Positions 25,801 through 40,800 of a stretch of 64,000 nt of DNA are shown piece by piece (position 1 is the stretch's first letter; each line of letters begins with the position of its first letter). Source of the stretch: Antedon mediterranea (Eukaryota; Animalia; Echinodermata); contig NC_092674.1 in the NCBI RefSeq assembly GCF_964355755.1, positions 4,154,001 to 4,218,000 of the forward strand, written 5' to 3'. Made by a program: the position numbers and the translations under genes. Below the pieces are notes generated by a model that did no database searches, was not told where the DNA came from, and was given only the letters and a program-made list of their open reading frames with translations.

Positions 25801-28800
25801 GATGATTTTAGACTGTACAGTACATGTATGCGTGAGTCTCAATAATTACGTAATATGGCACTCAGAGACAGACATAGGCTTACAAATGTTTCAATAGTTT
25901 TATATCGATCGAGTGGCCATAATGTGATCGATAATTGACTTGACTGATTGGGGAAATCAAATTTGTTGATTCTAAAATTTTCGATCAATTTAGAATCCAT
26001 GAATCGCAAGCAGTTTGAAGGAAGCCGATGGGACTCTACTGACTCTTGTATTCTGACCTACTTTCTTTTTATCTATAAGCGCGCTTAATTTATCATAATT
26101 TAGTTATTCCAAATGCGAAAATGAAAATGATGGTATTTAGTGATATAGATAGCCTTTCCTTGACGATTTACTAATTTCTTTAATGTTCATGTCTATTTAA
26201 AGTTAAACGCGCGAGTTAAAAAAATGATGAAATCGTACAGTTTGTACGCGCACGTTTGCTAATTTGTACGCGCGCGTGTAAGCACTAGTGAAATTATGTA
26301 CACGCGCGTTCAAACATTGATGAAAATCATACATATACAATTTTAAATCATCCAACTTGTACGCGCGCTTCGACTTTACAGTTTTAAATACATTCCAAAT
26401 GTATATTAAAACATATTTTTTATGAAGTTAATGAAAGAACTTGTAATATTTATCCTTGGCTGTAAGATCTTGAACTCCGGAAACAAAACTTGCTGCGAAA
26501 CGGACGTGAACTATCCAATGACATAATCAATTCTCCCATTATGCCTTCTGGTCTTCAAATCTGTGGTTAAAAAATATAATATAATTTTCTAAATTGCTGT
26601 TTTATTATTATCGTTATAAGGCCTCAGTACCGATATAGGGTATAGTGGAGATAACATAACCCCTATTAAAAAGTACCCTTAACAGGGATTGCGGATTAAA
26701 CATGTCCCCTTGAGTCGCTTTACATGCAGCAAAGTGCAATAACGGATATGTCTCTGAAATTTCCCCCAAAGAAGGGGTGCTATTGTATGTTTTCCTCTCT
26801 CCACCCAGGTGTATATGGGTACCCGGTTAGATCAAGACACAACTTTGCGCTGATTACTAGCTGTATTATGGGAGTATGTTTCCATACGTGTTTGATCCAA
26901 AAAAATGACTGGGGTAATAATTTTCAGCGCTTAGAGGTTTCAAAACATTAGGCGCTATATAAATCCTGGATATCATTACCATTATTCTCAATAAGATATT
27001 TGAATTATGTTTCAATCATATTATACACCACTAAATATAGAACACTCTACAAAGCATACGATCACGATCATTTGTTGGTTGCGCTTTTTCAAATAATACG
27101 TTTGTAATAATGTTTTGCCCTTAATTCTTAGCTACTTGCGAAGAAGAACCATGGCCTCGACTGGTGTGGACTGAACTCAGACTGAAAGACAGCACTGCTA
27201 AATTACAAAGCTTACCGGCTGATCCTAACGATTACATTTCATCTAGTTCTATATCAACACGATACTACTATACTAACAAACCAGCGCATTGGATAGCTGT
27301 TACCAATGACTTTGAAGAACGAACCGTCTTCTGGAGTGATAGTGGACAAAAACGGATTATGAAAGGCGGCCTTGGCGATGCTGCTACAGCATCGTCCATC
27401 TACCAGGGCACTTCGTCTTCGGTTGAAGGAATCGCAGTTGACTGGCTAGCGAAGACTCTGTACTGGGTAGATGAAACCTACAATTGGATTGTTGTTACAG
27501 ATTATTATGCTAGTAATATAGCGATATTAATTGATACTGGATTGTCGAAGCCAAGAGGTATCGCAACTCATCCACATAAAGGGTAAGTATTAAAAAACCT
27601 ATAATTTAAAAAAAGTAGTATAAATAAAGATCTAACTGCGCGTGACCTTTTTAGCTCCCTCATTTTAACAAGTCGTTATTTAAAAAATACCATTGATACT
27701 TCGCGTTTATATTAATAAATATCTATAATTATATGTAATGATAATGATGATGTAAACTTTTTGTGCATACCGATAAAGTTTGTTATCAAATCAAAACTAG
27801 AGGGCGTTTGACAATTTACAAAGGGGAATCCCCTAATTTGCAGCAGCCCCACGTGTCGTACCCACATGCGATTGGTTAATCGAATCAGAACGTAACGTGG
27901 CGCGATGCATGAAGTTAATCTTGTGGAATAGGCTAGATTGTTTAGTTTTTTTGAATTGCGGATTTGATATAAAAGTTGTTTAATATATTTATTGCCTTGG
28001 CCTGCGGCTTGATTGATCCTTGCTCAGACATTATTATACTAGTAGCTAAAGCTTGCTTGAATTGGTTACAATATACTATACTAGGTAGGCCTAGCTAGCT
28101 AGGCCTAACCATGGAGTAAATTCTTTACTCCATGGCCTAACTAAGTACGAGGACTCCCTGCGAGAGGCCTACTAGGCCTCCTACACTACTTAGTAGTACT
28201 GTAGTAGTAGTAGTAGACTATATATGTAGTAGTAGTCAGGCATGGTTACAACGGCGGTGTCTAGCAGAGAGTGGGGATGGGGCTAGGCCCTCCCTACCAC
28301 TCTACTAGCTAGCTATATGCTTATCCTGCATTACACTTCTACACTTCTTCTAGTTAAATAATACTATTAGTAATATTCATACATTCTGAAAAGGTTGTTT
28401 ATCAATAATAAATACTAGGCCTAGGATACATACTGAAAAGGTTGTTTATCAATAATAATAATATAGGCCTAGCTAGGCTATATAATGTTTGTTCAATAAT
28501 TAATAAATGGAAATTAAAATGAATATACAGTACAGTACCCTCTAAAAATAAATAGTACAACATGTAAAATCAATATACCATGACATTTAAAAAGTACACT
28601 AATATTTTAATAATTAGGCAAACACTGACAGATGGAAATAATATTTAATTTCAATATATAGCTCTGAACTAAGAAAAAAAAAAGTTAAGTATATCTTTAT
28701 GAACATGATGTCATATCACTACCATATTAAGGCATATCACTACCAAATTAAAATTGTCAAATTAGTTTGATAGCTTAAAAAAGAGACTTTTTAACCCACC

Positions 28801-31800
28801 CCACCCTCCAAACTCTCCTCCATCCACTCCCGTCTCTCACCCACTCACCCGGCTAAGAAATCTAACAATCATACTATTATTAAGTGGGCCTATATATCAA
28901 AAAGTTTGTTCTCATACACATTTTGTTTTTATTTTACACAGTTACCTGTTTTGGACAGACTGGGGTTCAGGAGACCAGAAAGTTGAAAGGTCAACTTTAG
29001 CCGGTGATGATCGAGTTGTTTTAGTCGATGATGATCTCTTTTTTCCAAACGGTTTGACGATTGATTTTGCAACAGACCGGTAAGCTTGCAAGTTTTCAAT
29101 ATTTAAGGAATTTGTTTTAAAAACAATAGGCCTACAAGTTCTAAAGTTTTAGAATACAAAGCCAGTTTACACTCTAAGTTATTTTGCCAAGTAACGCACC
29201 TTCCTAAATGATTAAAATGACAGTGCAAAAGATATAGAATATTCATGTTAAGTTTAGCACTTCATTTTACAATATTTAGGCCCTCACTGCCCACCTAACC
29301 AGCGGCCCTATTTCAAAATCCATTATCGGTCATAATGACAGCTCACAAAATCTGTATTCTTAATTGTGGTTGCTCTTTTATATGAGTGTATTACAACTTA
29401 AAAGAATTTTGTTTCCAACAAGCATGTTAAGCCGATTTTCCACTAGGCGAATTTAGTCGCACGAATCAAAAGCGTCACCTTATACGCATAGAGAGGGGTT
29501 TGGAAGATGGAAAAATGAATATGGATGTGTATAGGGCTGGCACTTTCGATTCATGCAAACAAATTTGCCTAGTAGTAGGCTTCAGGTCTAACGTTCTTTC
29601 AGCCTAATTAACGGTTAACAGCAATCACCCAAGCATTTCTAATATTTCCTTTACAACAGGAATTCTGTCTATTTTGTGTTGGTACTTTAATAAAGAGTAA
29701 AAGAGCTTTAAACGGAAACAGTCAGATACAAAATACCCCCATGTGGTTGCAAATTGAGGAAACGCTTAAACATATTGTTGTTTGAGATTGCTTGGCTATA
29801 CACAGCTAACATACCAGCAGGCATTGTTTCTATGTTATCTAATACATTGCGTTATTGACTACATTCCTGTAAGCCTATACTGTACTACAAGATATAACAA
29901 ACAGTATGTATATACAGTATAACAAAATATCATAAGATTTTTTTATTGTCACACTTATGGTATGATACAAATTCACTAAAAACATAAGGCCAATTTAAAC
30001 AGATGAGCGGTAACACAAATATAGAATATTTGCGAACGGGGGGTTTACGCTCAAGATAGATACAGACTCTACGTGGGACAAGCTACGTGGTTTTTCACGT
30101 ACCGTTACCGCTCGTATGTGCAAATTGTCCATAACTTTCAACATTAATAATAAGACGCTTTTTCAAATTTTTTTCCAAAAAAATTTTTTTGTAGACTATA
30201 TTGGACAGATGTGAACGTTGCATTCAGTAAAATAAAAAGCACAGACCTGAACGGCAACAATCTCACAACAATTATTGAAATAGCTTCAAGTACTGCACAC
30301 TTCTTTGATCTTACAGTCTTTCAAGTGAGTATTAAGCTCTGTCTTGGCTTCAAATCCAAAGGTCTGGTTCAAGTCTTGTCATTCAGAATTTTTTCTAATG
30401 ACAATTTACAACTCCACTCCAAAGACTTGTAATAAGACTTTGTTTATGTAGAGTACCTTGTGTATGTTTGTCTTGTGAACAGGATTGCCACCTTTAAGAA
30501 GGATAGTGAATGAATTCGATTATGGTTATCCTTGGAAATTTGCCAAAATATAATATTTATAACAAAACAAAACTAATAGAACAATCCTACATCATTGTAA
30601 TCATCTTTTTGAGGGATTTAAGTTGGTTCATTTTATGAAGAAAGTTTTATAGTACAGTGTTTTTATGGAAGCAAACTTTTGGGATGATAGGCGGACCAAG
30701 TAATTGTTTAAAAATTTAGTCTACGCATAAAGTGTAATACACACCCTTCCGCTTATTTTAGGGACAGTGTTTGATTGATTCACTGTTCGTCTATTTTCCC
30801 CAAACAAAAGCGGACAATTATACAACCTGACCAATTTGTGGATTTCCAATATATATCGCTATTTAAAACATAACCCTGAAGGATATTTATTTTACATTTG
30901 CAGAATTACTTATTTGTTACTGACTGGCGGAATTATCTACGATGTGTCAATATAAAAGAGAAGTCTCACTACTTCGCCCTGAATCTTGGTTCTCGTCCGT
31001 ATGGAATCATGGTTTTTGGCAATGAAAACCAACCTAATGGAACATGTATGTGTATTTCAATTAATATTAGTAGTCATAGTCATAGTCATATATACTTTAT
31101 TGTCCATTTAAAAAACAGAAATGTGATTTGAAAACTGGCAAAATACAAAAATATAAAATACAATTTACAAAAACACACACAAAAAGTTAAGAGGCTAAAA
31201 ATTTTTAAAATTAGATAAAAATTATCGGTTACATTTTACCTTTGTACTCTGGAGTTATATAAGTGTATAGCATTAGGTACAAACGAGCACCTAAACCGTT
31301 TTGTTTGGTATTAAGTGCACGTAGTCTTATGCCAGAATTCATGAGAGCAAATTGTTTGTGAAGAGGATGTGTTTCATCATCAATGATACTTTTTACTTTT
31401 TTAGCATTATCATAGCATTATAGGTTTAAATGTATTTTTTATATTTACTCTTTAAATCAAATCTATAACATACTGTATGTATTAATTCTGTATTCTGATG
31501 AAATTATTTGCTTTTTGCGATGTAGAATGTAATTTAAACTGTTTTTTCTTTATTTGTGAACCCTTGCTTACTACTAAATACTGCATTGATTTAAGCCTAC
31601 TCCTTTTTAATTATTAATATACCTCTCTGTACAAATCACTTTTATTCGGCTTTTAAAGTCGTTGACGTAGACACTTAAGAACTGTCAACAAGTTGTTTAG
31701 ATTCAGGCCTTGTTAAAAAAATACTCACCCATACATTACTCTTTAAATGTACTGTATTCATTTTTAGCTCCTTGTGCCAGCAAGCCATGCAATCAAATTT

Positions 31801-34800
31801 GTGTTACTGATCCTGGTCCGGATGGCTATAAATGTCTCTGCAAAGAAGGATATGAATTCTTTGATGGGAAGTGCAAAAAACGTTAGTACTGTACCCCCAA
31901 TGGTTGTATTCAATCACAGTTTATTTGCTTTAGATATTGAATATTATATAATACCTAAATAAATTCCTGTCATTTGATTGGATGATTGTGTCACATGGCA
32001 TGCAATAGTATGCACTATTGAACAGTCATTCAATAGTACTCTTTTTGTAAACAAAAAAAATTCACTTTATAAATTAATAAATATTTAAGATTAATTTTAG
32101 AAGTATTTAATTACAAAGACAATTTTAAATCTTTATTTTGAATAGTAATATTCCATGCTGTGGCAGATTTGTTTCTGCTGTTGTTTTTGGTTTACAAAAT
32201 GTAAAAAAATTAATAAAACCACTGGAGATAACCCTAAACTTGTGAATATTTTTCAAGATATTATACAGCAAACGTGTATCTCACTTGCCATATTTGGTAA
32301 TTGACCATAGTCTTGACAACATTAAAAATCAAAGTTACCAAAAAGTATTCTTAGGACATCTTAATATATAATTAATAAATTTGTGTAATAATTGATATTT
32401 AGCTTGACTAATACCCTACTGAATTTAATAATACAATACTTTTATTTTATCAGGAGAAATTGGGTTAAGTTCACCACAAATTATTTTCTCTAAGAGTAAC
32501 AGTTTATGCGGCATTCCTGGCAACTTTCCCGATCTACCGCTACCAGCTGACTTCAGTGCTCCGTGCTTTCTACAGAATCAAACGCACATTGTTGCTCTTC
32601 AATTAGACTCGGAGGAGAAACTGTTGTTTTATTCGGACGCAGAGTTAAGGCGTGTGATGTCGGTGAGACTCACCCATGGGTCCAATACCAACACCATCAT
32701 GGGCGGTGTGGGCAGCGTTGAAGGTTAGTTTTTACTGGATGCTTGCCAGATATACATAATATTTGTAGAGAGAAGAGAAATAAAATAAAAGTTTCTATCA
32801 CTTTCTGTTTAATTTATTCTCACAATAGAACATCTTTGGAGTCCGAAACTGTGATTATCACCATGAAATTCTGTCATAGTTTTCATGTTATTGATTCCTC
32901 TATGTTAAATAAATTAATTTTTTAAAAATGTTGTAGATGTTCAAAAATAGTTAATTCAATTCATCTTTTTATTGATCTAATTCATATAAATCAGAAGATA
33001 TTGTTAATATAATACACTACAGCAGATAAAACATTTCCCAAAACATGCTGTTTGCTTCTGAAAAAAATCAAACCACATATCGATGAAAAGGTCTATTGCT
33101 CTGCCTACACTATCAAACTTTATGTGAAAAAAAAAATGTGATGTCCCCATATATGGACCTGATGATGATGTCATGTCACTACCATATTTGGGCATATCAC
33201 TCACCATATTTGGGCACATCGTCAAACTAGTTTGATAGTGTAGACAGTGCTTAAACTTGTTCTCTTCCAACAGGCATTGCAGTGGATTGGATAAGTAAAA
33301 ATCTTTACATGACTGACTACGCCATGAACCGTATCGTAGTTTCTCGCTACGAGGGCACCAGTCGTAAAATTCTTATAGACACAGATGTCATTTCTCCGAG
33401 AAGTATCGCTATAGATCCTCGTGAAAGGTAATGTATAAAACTGCTATAGATATAATTGGAATAAAACAACCATAAGATATATTTAATCCCCCTAAATAAA
33501 TGATTTTTTTATATATTTTGTGTTGAATATGCCAATTTAATGTCATATAATAATTCTTCACTTTGACCAAAAATTGGATCGGAAAAAAAAATTTACCTGA
33601 AAAAACAATTTAAAGCAAAAAATTAAATAAACTGTTTTGGTTGAATTTACCTGTTTATTTTGTCATTTTGTAAGTGAAAACATTTTTTTTTCTTGAAATG
33701 AAATACATCTTTAACCCAAAAGGTGAAAATTATGTACACAGGACTAAAATAAACAAAGGATACTCTATACATAATGTATAATGTCTTTAGAAGTGGAGTT
33801 TATGAAACAATTCTAACACCTGCTTTCAACCTTGTGATTGGTATCTCAGCATACATTTTACACCATTTCCTGTACTGGTACAAGTTCAAGTTCAAGAGAC
33901 TTTCCCCAAATATTTTGGGCGTTCCAAGGGGCTGTACTGTATTTTACATAACATTTTAATTTGTAAATTATATTAAATGGTTTAAACAAGCGCTTACAAC
34001 ATAGTAAATATTTATGTATGTATTTTATTATATTGTGGAAATATATTGAAATTGAAATATACCAGATTAGGTCCATGTATGAACTTTGCCTTAAATTTTG
34101 TAAATTATATCTGTGCTGCTACGTCAAAGTAAAATCTACACCTCGATTGATTTTATCACTGTTGTTTCTTGTCATTTCTTTTAGTGCAAAGTTTTTATTT
34201 TGGACTGAATTTGGAGAACCAGCACAGATCGAACGATCCTTTTTGGATGGTAGCCATAGGCAGGTGATAGTATCAAAACCTTTGGTATCACCAAATGGCC
34301 TCACTATAGATTTTGCCAGTAAAAGGTAGACACCTTTTTCTCAAGATGTGAAAATAATTTTCATTTTTATCTCAAATAAAAACTTATTCTAAGCTCTGTC
34401 TACACTATCAAACTTTATGTGACAAAAAAATGTGATATGCCCATATATGGATGATAATGTCATATAACTACTATATTTTGGAACACCACTACCCTATTTG
34501 GGCATACCATACTTTTTTTGTGAAACTATGTTAATTGTGTAGACAGAGCTGTAGTTTAGCAATTTATTTAGTAGATGTAGTGTATAATTGTGTATATCCA
34601 ATATAATATGGATATGATGATGTCATCACTACCATATTTGGGCACATCACTACCATATTTGGGCACCTCACTACCATATTTGGGTACATCACTACCATAT
34701 TTGGGCACATCACTACCATATTTGGACACCTCACTACCATATTTGGGCACATCATATAGTTTACAGTAGTAGATGTATATCTAAAATAATAGAGTTTTTT

Positions 34801-37800
34801 GCTGAGACACTGTAAAATAGTAAAATAGTTGAATTGATCATGTGATAAAATGCCAGGTCAAACTTGAGTGACCTCTCGAGCGTCATAACCATGATTAACA
34901 AATTTAAATATAACCTATAGTTATTTTCAAAATTTTGCAGGTTGTTCTTCGGTGATCGCAGTAGTAGTAAAATTGAAAGCGTGGATTATGATGGCTTAAA
35001 TCGTAAACTTGTGTTCGCAAAGCCTGCAGCTCATTTCTTTGATATGGATATTTATCAGGTATCGTAAATTTTAGATTTTACAAATTAGTAATAACCATAC
35101 ATATACTATATTTGGATTTCTGTAAATTGTTATTGATGGTTTTGACCACCATTATAGCTTTGAAACCATTTTCTTTTTTGAGGATTATTTACTTTTTACG
35201 GAATGGAATGAGAATACCGGAGTTCATGCAATTGAATTTGAAAGTGGGCGGGAACAAAAGAGCCTGCTGCATGATGGGATAGCATACGGAATAAAAACAT
35301 ATTCACCTTCAAGACAACCAACAGACGCAACAGGTTTGTACGAAACGAAAGTTTTTATTTTGGGTAAACACAGATGCGGATCCCAGAGGAGGCCTGCCCG
35401 GGCCGTGTACTTGGTGTCTGGTCTGGGCACCCCACCCTATTTCAACATGCTGGACACGCCCCTGAAACACACTCACAATGTTACGTGCATGGGCCCAGGG
35501 AACTACCATGTGTTGATCTGGGCTTCCAGATAATGTTGAATTAAATTAAACTAATCACTGTATTTAAAATCAATATCATATGTCTTGTTTCAGATTATAT
35601 GGGACCAAGTTGCTTGGATGAAAATGGCGGCTGCCAACATCTGTGCTTACCATCATCTGATGCACAAGGCTACACATGTGACTGTAGCACAGGATATAGG
35701 ATACATACAGATGGCAAAACATGTGTCACAGGTACTATATTAACTCTTCAAAAACATTTGTTTGAATAATGATAAAATATATGCTGTGATGGGAAAATGT
35801 CCTAAGGGGGAAATGGTCTAAAATGTCCAGAGGGAAAATACAGAGCAACCAGCTTGCTCCCAGTTACAACAGACCAGTCAGTGACATGAGGGAGACTGAT
35901 TGTCAAAAATAAAATACAGTAGAAATCCTCTTTTAGACATGCCTAATAGGGGAACTTACAGAGTGCATTATGACACTAAGACTATTTTACTTTTTCGAAA
36001 GTGTCATCATCCGACTTGCCTCATCTTACCCTTCCTTCAAATTTCTGCTCAAGAACCATCTTCTTGTTTAGTTCCTTCCTTTTTCCTATCTTTTCTACTG
36101 AGAGGGCCAATTTAATTCATTTTTTTATTCTAAATTATTTGTGCATTATTTTATCAATTTTATTTATTTTAATTTAATTTTTATTGTTACATGTTTATGT
36201 CTTGTCATGATGTATTTCTGTGAGGGTCCCTAATGATCAGCTTCGGCTGGATTGACCACCCTCGTAAAATAGTTGTGGTCCTGATCTGTGTTTTATTTTA
36301 AAAGTAAACTTTACAATAGAGCTTATCCATGATTTATTTTTAAGATAGTGGAATTCCTAATTACTTAGAAGCCCCTCCCCCACACCTCCCTTTCCCTTTC
36401 ATTCATTGCATCTGAGAGGTCCCAGAGTACTTATATACTATAATAGATTATAGTTATGCATCTTAATCATTTTTAAATGACAAAAAGCACTAACAATATT
36501 TGTTTACATTTTTGATAGATATTATGGATGATAATTTTATTCTTTTGGCCGACACGTACCTGCATGCGATTTTCCAAGTAAGCCTTGGGGGCGCCACTAA
36601 TGGTTACACAGCTCTTCCATTGGGAATGATGTCGAATTCTGTTGCAATTGATTTCGATCCAGTTGATAAAATGGTGTACTGGACAGATGTCGATTCTGGA
36701 AGTATCAACCGAGCTAAACTAGATGGAACGATGCGAGAGATTGTTGCACGTAGAGGAGTGGAGAGTAAGTAACTCTTTACACCAGTTTCGTGACTATACG
36801 CAGGTTTTATGGAAGCAAAGAAAAAGTAAACGTCCCATTATTGTGTTTAAAGCTCTATCTGCACTATCAAACAAAAAATGTGATGTGCCCATATATGGAC
36901 ATGATAATGTCATATCACTACCATATTTGAGCATATCACTACCATATTTGGGCACATCCCTTTTTTTGTCAAACTAGTTTTATAGTGTAGACAGAGCAAC
37001 TATACCAAGTTCCAGTACTACTATTTGAATGTTCCGTTGAAGCCAACCTGACCCCCTACTTGACCCTAAGCACTTTGATTGGCTGATCATCATAATACTG
37101 ATGAAATTAAGTTCATGTATTGAAAACCAGTAAATAACTTTAAATTGAAACCAGATGAAAATGTTTTCACATAATCCATACCGTATTATTCAAATTATTT
37201 TTAGGTGCAGATGGTATAGCAGTAGACAGTGTATCTAGACTCCTTTTCTGGACAGATTCAACCAAGAAAACAATAGAAGTATCACAACTTAATGGTCTGG
37301 ATCGTAAGACTATCATTGACACAGATGTTGACAAACCACGTGCTATTGCTGCTGATTCAGTAAATGGGTAAAATAAATCCGTTGTTTTCAATTTGCATTA
37401 TAATTATATTTACTGAAATAATCAGATGATTATAATTTGTGGATTTTGCATTCAGTAATAAAAAAAATTAATGAATTGTTAATTGTATATAAATTTAGGG
37501 TGATATACTGGACAGATTGGGGAAATGAGCCAAAAATAGAAAGAGCAAACATGGATGGAACAAACCGGACTGTTCTGGTTAATTCTGGTTTGGTCTGGCC
37601 AAATGGACTTGAACTTGATTTTCAATGTAGGTATACATACATTAATACAAATTCGATTTGATTCTTAATATTTAACCATGGAGTAAAGAATTTTACTCCA
37701 TGATTTAACTAGGCCGACAAAATTATGTAGCCCCCAAGCATGATAGAAAGTTTAGCCTGTGGCCAAGGTGGTGTAGTAAGTAGTTGATTAAGAAATGTGC

Positions 37801-40800
37801 TTTTTGACTCAACTTAAAAAACATTTAAAGAGTAAACTATCATCTAACATCATCTTATTTTATCTTTGTCATTCAATAGCTAATCGATTGTACTGGTGCG
37901 ATGGGAAAATGTCCAAAATTGAGAGCATAAATTTTAATGGTCAGGACCGGCAGCCTTTGATCGACTTGGGTAGTTCAAAAGAAAACCATTTGTTTGGATT
38001 GACGTCTGATGAAAACAACATTTACTGGAGTAATTGGGCCGCTGGTATGGTAATGACGGTTAAAAAAACGGATATAGATACAAATGGAACATCATTCGGT
38101 TTCAAAGGCTTTACTAAAATCAATGATATATCACTTTACAATAGCAGATTAACAAGACAAGGTATGCGTTTTAAATATTTGATTGAAGTATTTTATATAG
38201 TTCATACAGAAAACCATTTTAATTCATTGTGTGCATGTGTGAAGCATTTGGGAGAAGAGTTGTGCTTCCGATATCCAGGTGGGCTTCTGATATCCAGGTG
38301 TGCTTCAATATCCAGGTGTGCTTCTGATATCCAGGTGTGCTTCTGATATCCAGGTGTGCTTCTGATATCCAGGTGTGCTTCCGATATACAGGTGTGCTTC
38401 CAATATACAGGTGTGCTTCCAATATAAAGGTGTGATTCTGATATCTAGGTGTGCTTCTGATATCCAGGTGTTTCTGATATTCAGGTGTGATTCTAATATC
38501 CAGGTGTGATTCTGATATCCAGGTGTGATTCCGATATTCAGGTGTTTCTGATATTCAGGTGTGATTCTAATATCCAGGTGTGCTTCCGATATCCAGGTGT
38601 GATTCCAATATCCAGGTGTTTCTGATATTCAGGTGTGATTCTAATATCCAGGTGTGCTTCTGATATCCAGGTGTGCTTCTGATATCCAGGTGTGCTTCTG
38701 ATATCCAGGTGTGCTTTTGATATCCAGGTGTGCTTCCAAAATCCAGGTGAGCTTCCAATATCCAGGTGTGCTTCTGATATCTAGGTTTTCTTCCAATATC
38801 CAGGTGTGCTTGTTATTATCCAGGTGTTCTTTCAATATCCAGGTGTGCTTTCAATATCCAGGTGTGCTTCCGATATCCAGGTGTGCTTCCAATATCCAGG
38901 TGTGCTTCCAATATCCAGGTGTGCTTCCGATATCCAGGTGGGCTTCCGATATCCAGGTGGGCTTCAATATCCAGGTGTGCTTCCAATATCCAGGTGTGTT
39001 TCCGATATCCAGGTGTGATTCCAATATCCAGGTGGGCTTCAATATCCAGGTGTGTTTTTGATATACAGGTGTGCCTCTAAGATTTGTATACATCTTCCTT
39101 GCAGGTACTACAGCTTGCTCCGTGCAAAATGGTAACTGCAGTAACCTGTGTTTACCTCTTCCTGGCGAGGACCGTACGTGTGCATGTGCCAATGGGATAG
39201 ATTTGACACCTGAGAATGATAATATCTGCGATGGAGGTAACGTTTATTAATTAAATACTTTATTAAGGGTCACAAACCCGGTGTCATAATTATCTTGTAC
39301 TTTACCACATTACCACAAATGGTTGTATCTTCAGGTAACACTCGCCCCTAGCTTATTTCTCTCAGAAAAACCTGCCCTCTCACCATATTACCACCCTGAC
39401 CTCTCACCATAGTAACGCCCCGACCTCTCACCATAGTAACACCTGACCTCTCACCATAGTAACACCTGACCTCTCACCATAGTAACACCCTGACCTCACA
39501 CCATAGTAACACCCTGACCTCTCACCATAATAACATCCCAACCTGCTCTCCAGAACACATCTACCCCTCACCAAGTCACCTCATCTCCCACACCTGTTTA
39601 ACAAAATATTTTCAATTATTCTTTACCAGCTGTACGGTGTCCTGAAACATTTGAAAACGGAAATGTGTACAACTGCGACCGTTTTCCGTATGACTCTTGC
39701 CAAGTGGATTGTGATATTGGCTACGACATTCTTATCCCAGAAATCGACTGCAAACCTAATGGAGAATGGAACATCAGTTTGAATGATCCATGTCAAAGTA
39801 TGTAGCTTTGTCCCTAAAGCTCTGTCTACACTATCAAACTAGTGTGACAAAAAAGTTTGATGTGCCCAATTATGGTAGTGGTATGCCCAAATATTGGAGT
39901 GATATGACATCATCCTGTCCATGTATGGGCACGACATCACATTTTTTGTTGTCACATAAAGTTAAATAGTGTAGACACTAGAATAAATAAAACTGCAAAA
40001 TGGCCTATTTAAAGTCTGATTTGTTAATCTTAATTTTTCATGTTTTTTGGGGGACTATACATCTTTAAAAATGAAATATGTTTTTAAATGAATCAAGATT
40101 TGTATTATTTCTTACTAGTTGTCAAGTGTCCAGTGCCCATTTTACATCCAAACGTGTATATCGCGGATTGCCTGCCACCATATGAGTATAACACCAGTTG
40201 TACTTTCAAGTGCGGGACTGGTACATCACAAACCAGTGGCAATGCGACCCAGACATGTGGAGTCAGTGGATGGGAGGGTGATCCACTTACCTGTCAAGGT
40301 ATGAATTATATTTCCTGATTTTATTTGTTTTCCATAATTATTCTTCTGCAGTACCTAGATTTTTTACTGAAGTAACATGTGATTTCATTGTAGAAGTATG
40401 GTTACACACAACAAATCTTAATGAGTTTAGTGGTTGCATAAAGCTTGGTTCCCACTATAGATGCAACTCAAGCTAGTTGACCAATCACAAGCGACTGTTC
40501 AAATAATCAATCGCTTGTAATTGGCTATTGACTATACGTTGCGTTACTTCCTTGCGCAGCACCTCTAGTGGGACCACGCTTAAACAGGTTAAAGCGTAAA
40601 CAAAATGTATTTACTGCAGTAACTGCAGTATAATGGAATTTAGATTCTTTCTTAACATTTATTTCTATACCTTTATTTCCAGTTGTGCATTGTCCACCTC
40701 TCAACCCACCTGCCAATGGAGCATATTCTCCCAGTGCTTGTTCCTTGCAAAGTGTGCAATTTAATCAGATTTGTGGGCTAGGCTGCTCTAGTGGCTATGA

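Noticed and set aside
34564-34755. PKYGS / CPNMVV repeat peptides, also seen in many other short ORFs
   Set aside because: They are MITE-A subrepeat translations.
36220-36265. GAGGGT..CAGCTTCGGCTG..ACCCTC stem-loop as an ncRNA
   Set aside because: It is short and more consistent with a LINE 3' tail remnant; there is no other support.
38219-39080. Repetitive ORFs and a CRISPR-like appearance
   Set aside because: This is an 18-bp tandem repeat with no unique spacers and no cas genes, in a eukaryotic intron.
27132-39236. Calling the gene LRP5/6, LRP4 or SVEP1
   Set aside because: It has no LDLa repeats, PPPSP motifs, vWA or pentraxin domain, so no symbol was assigned.
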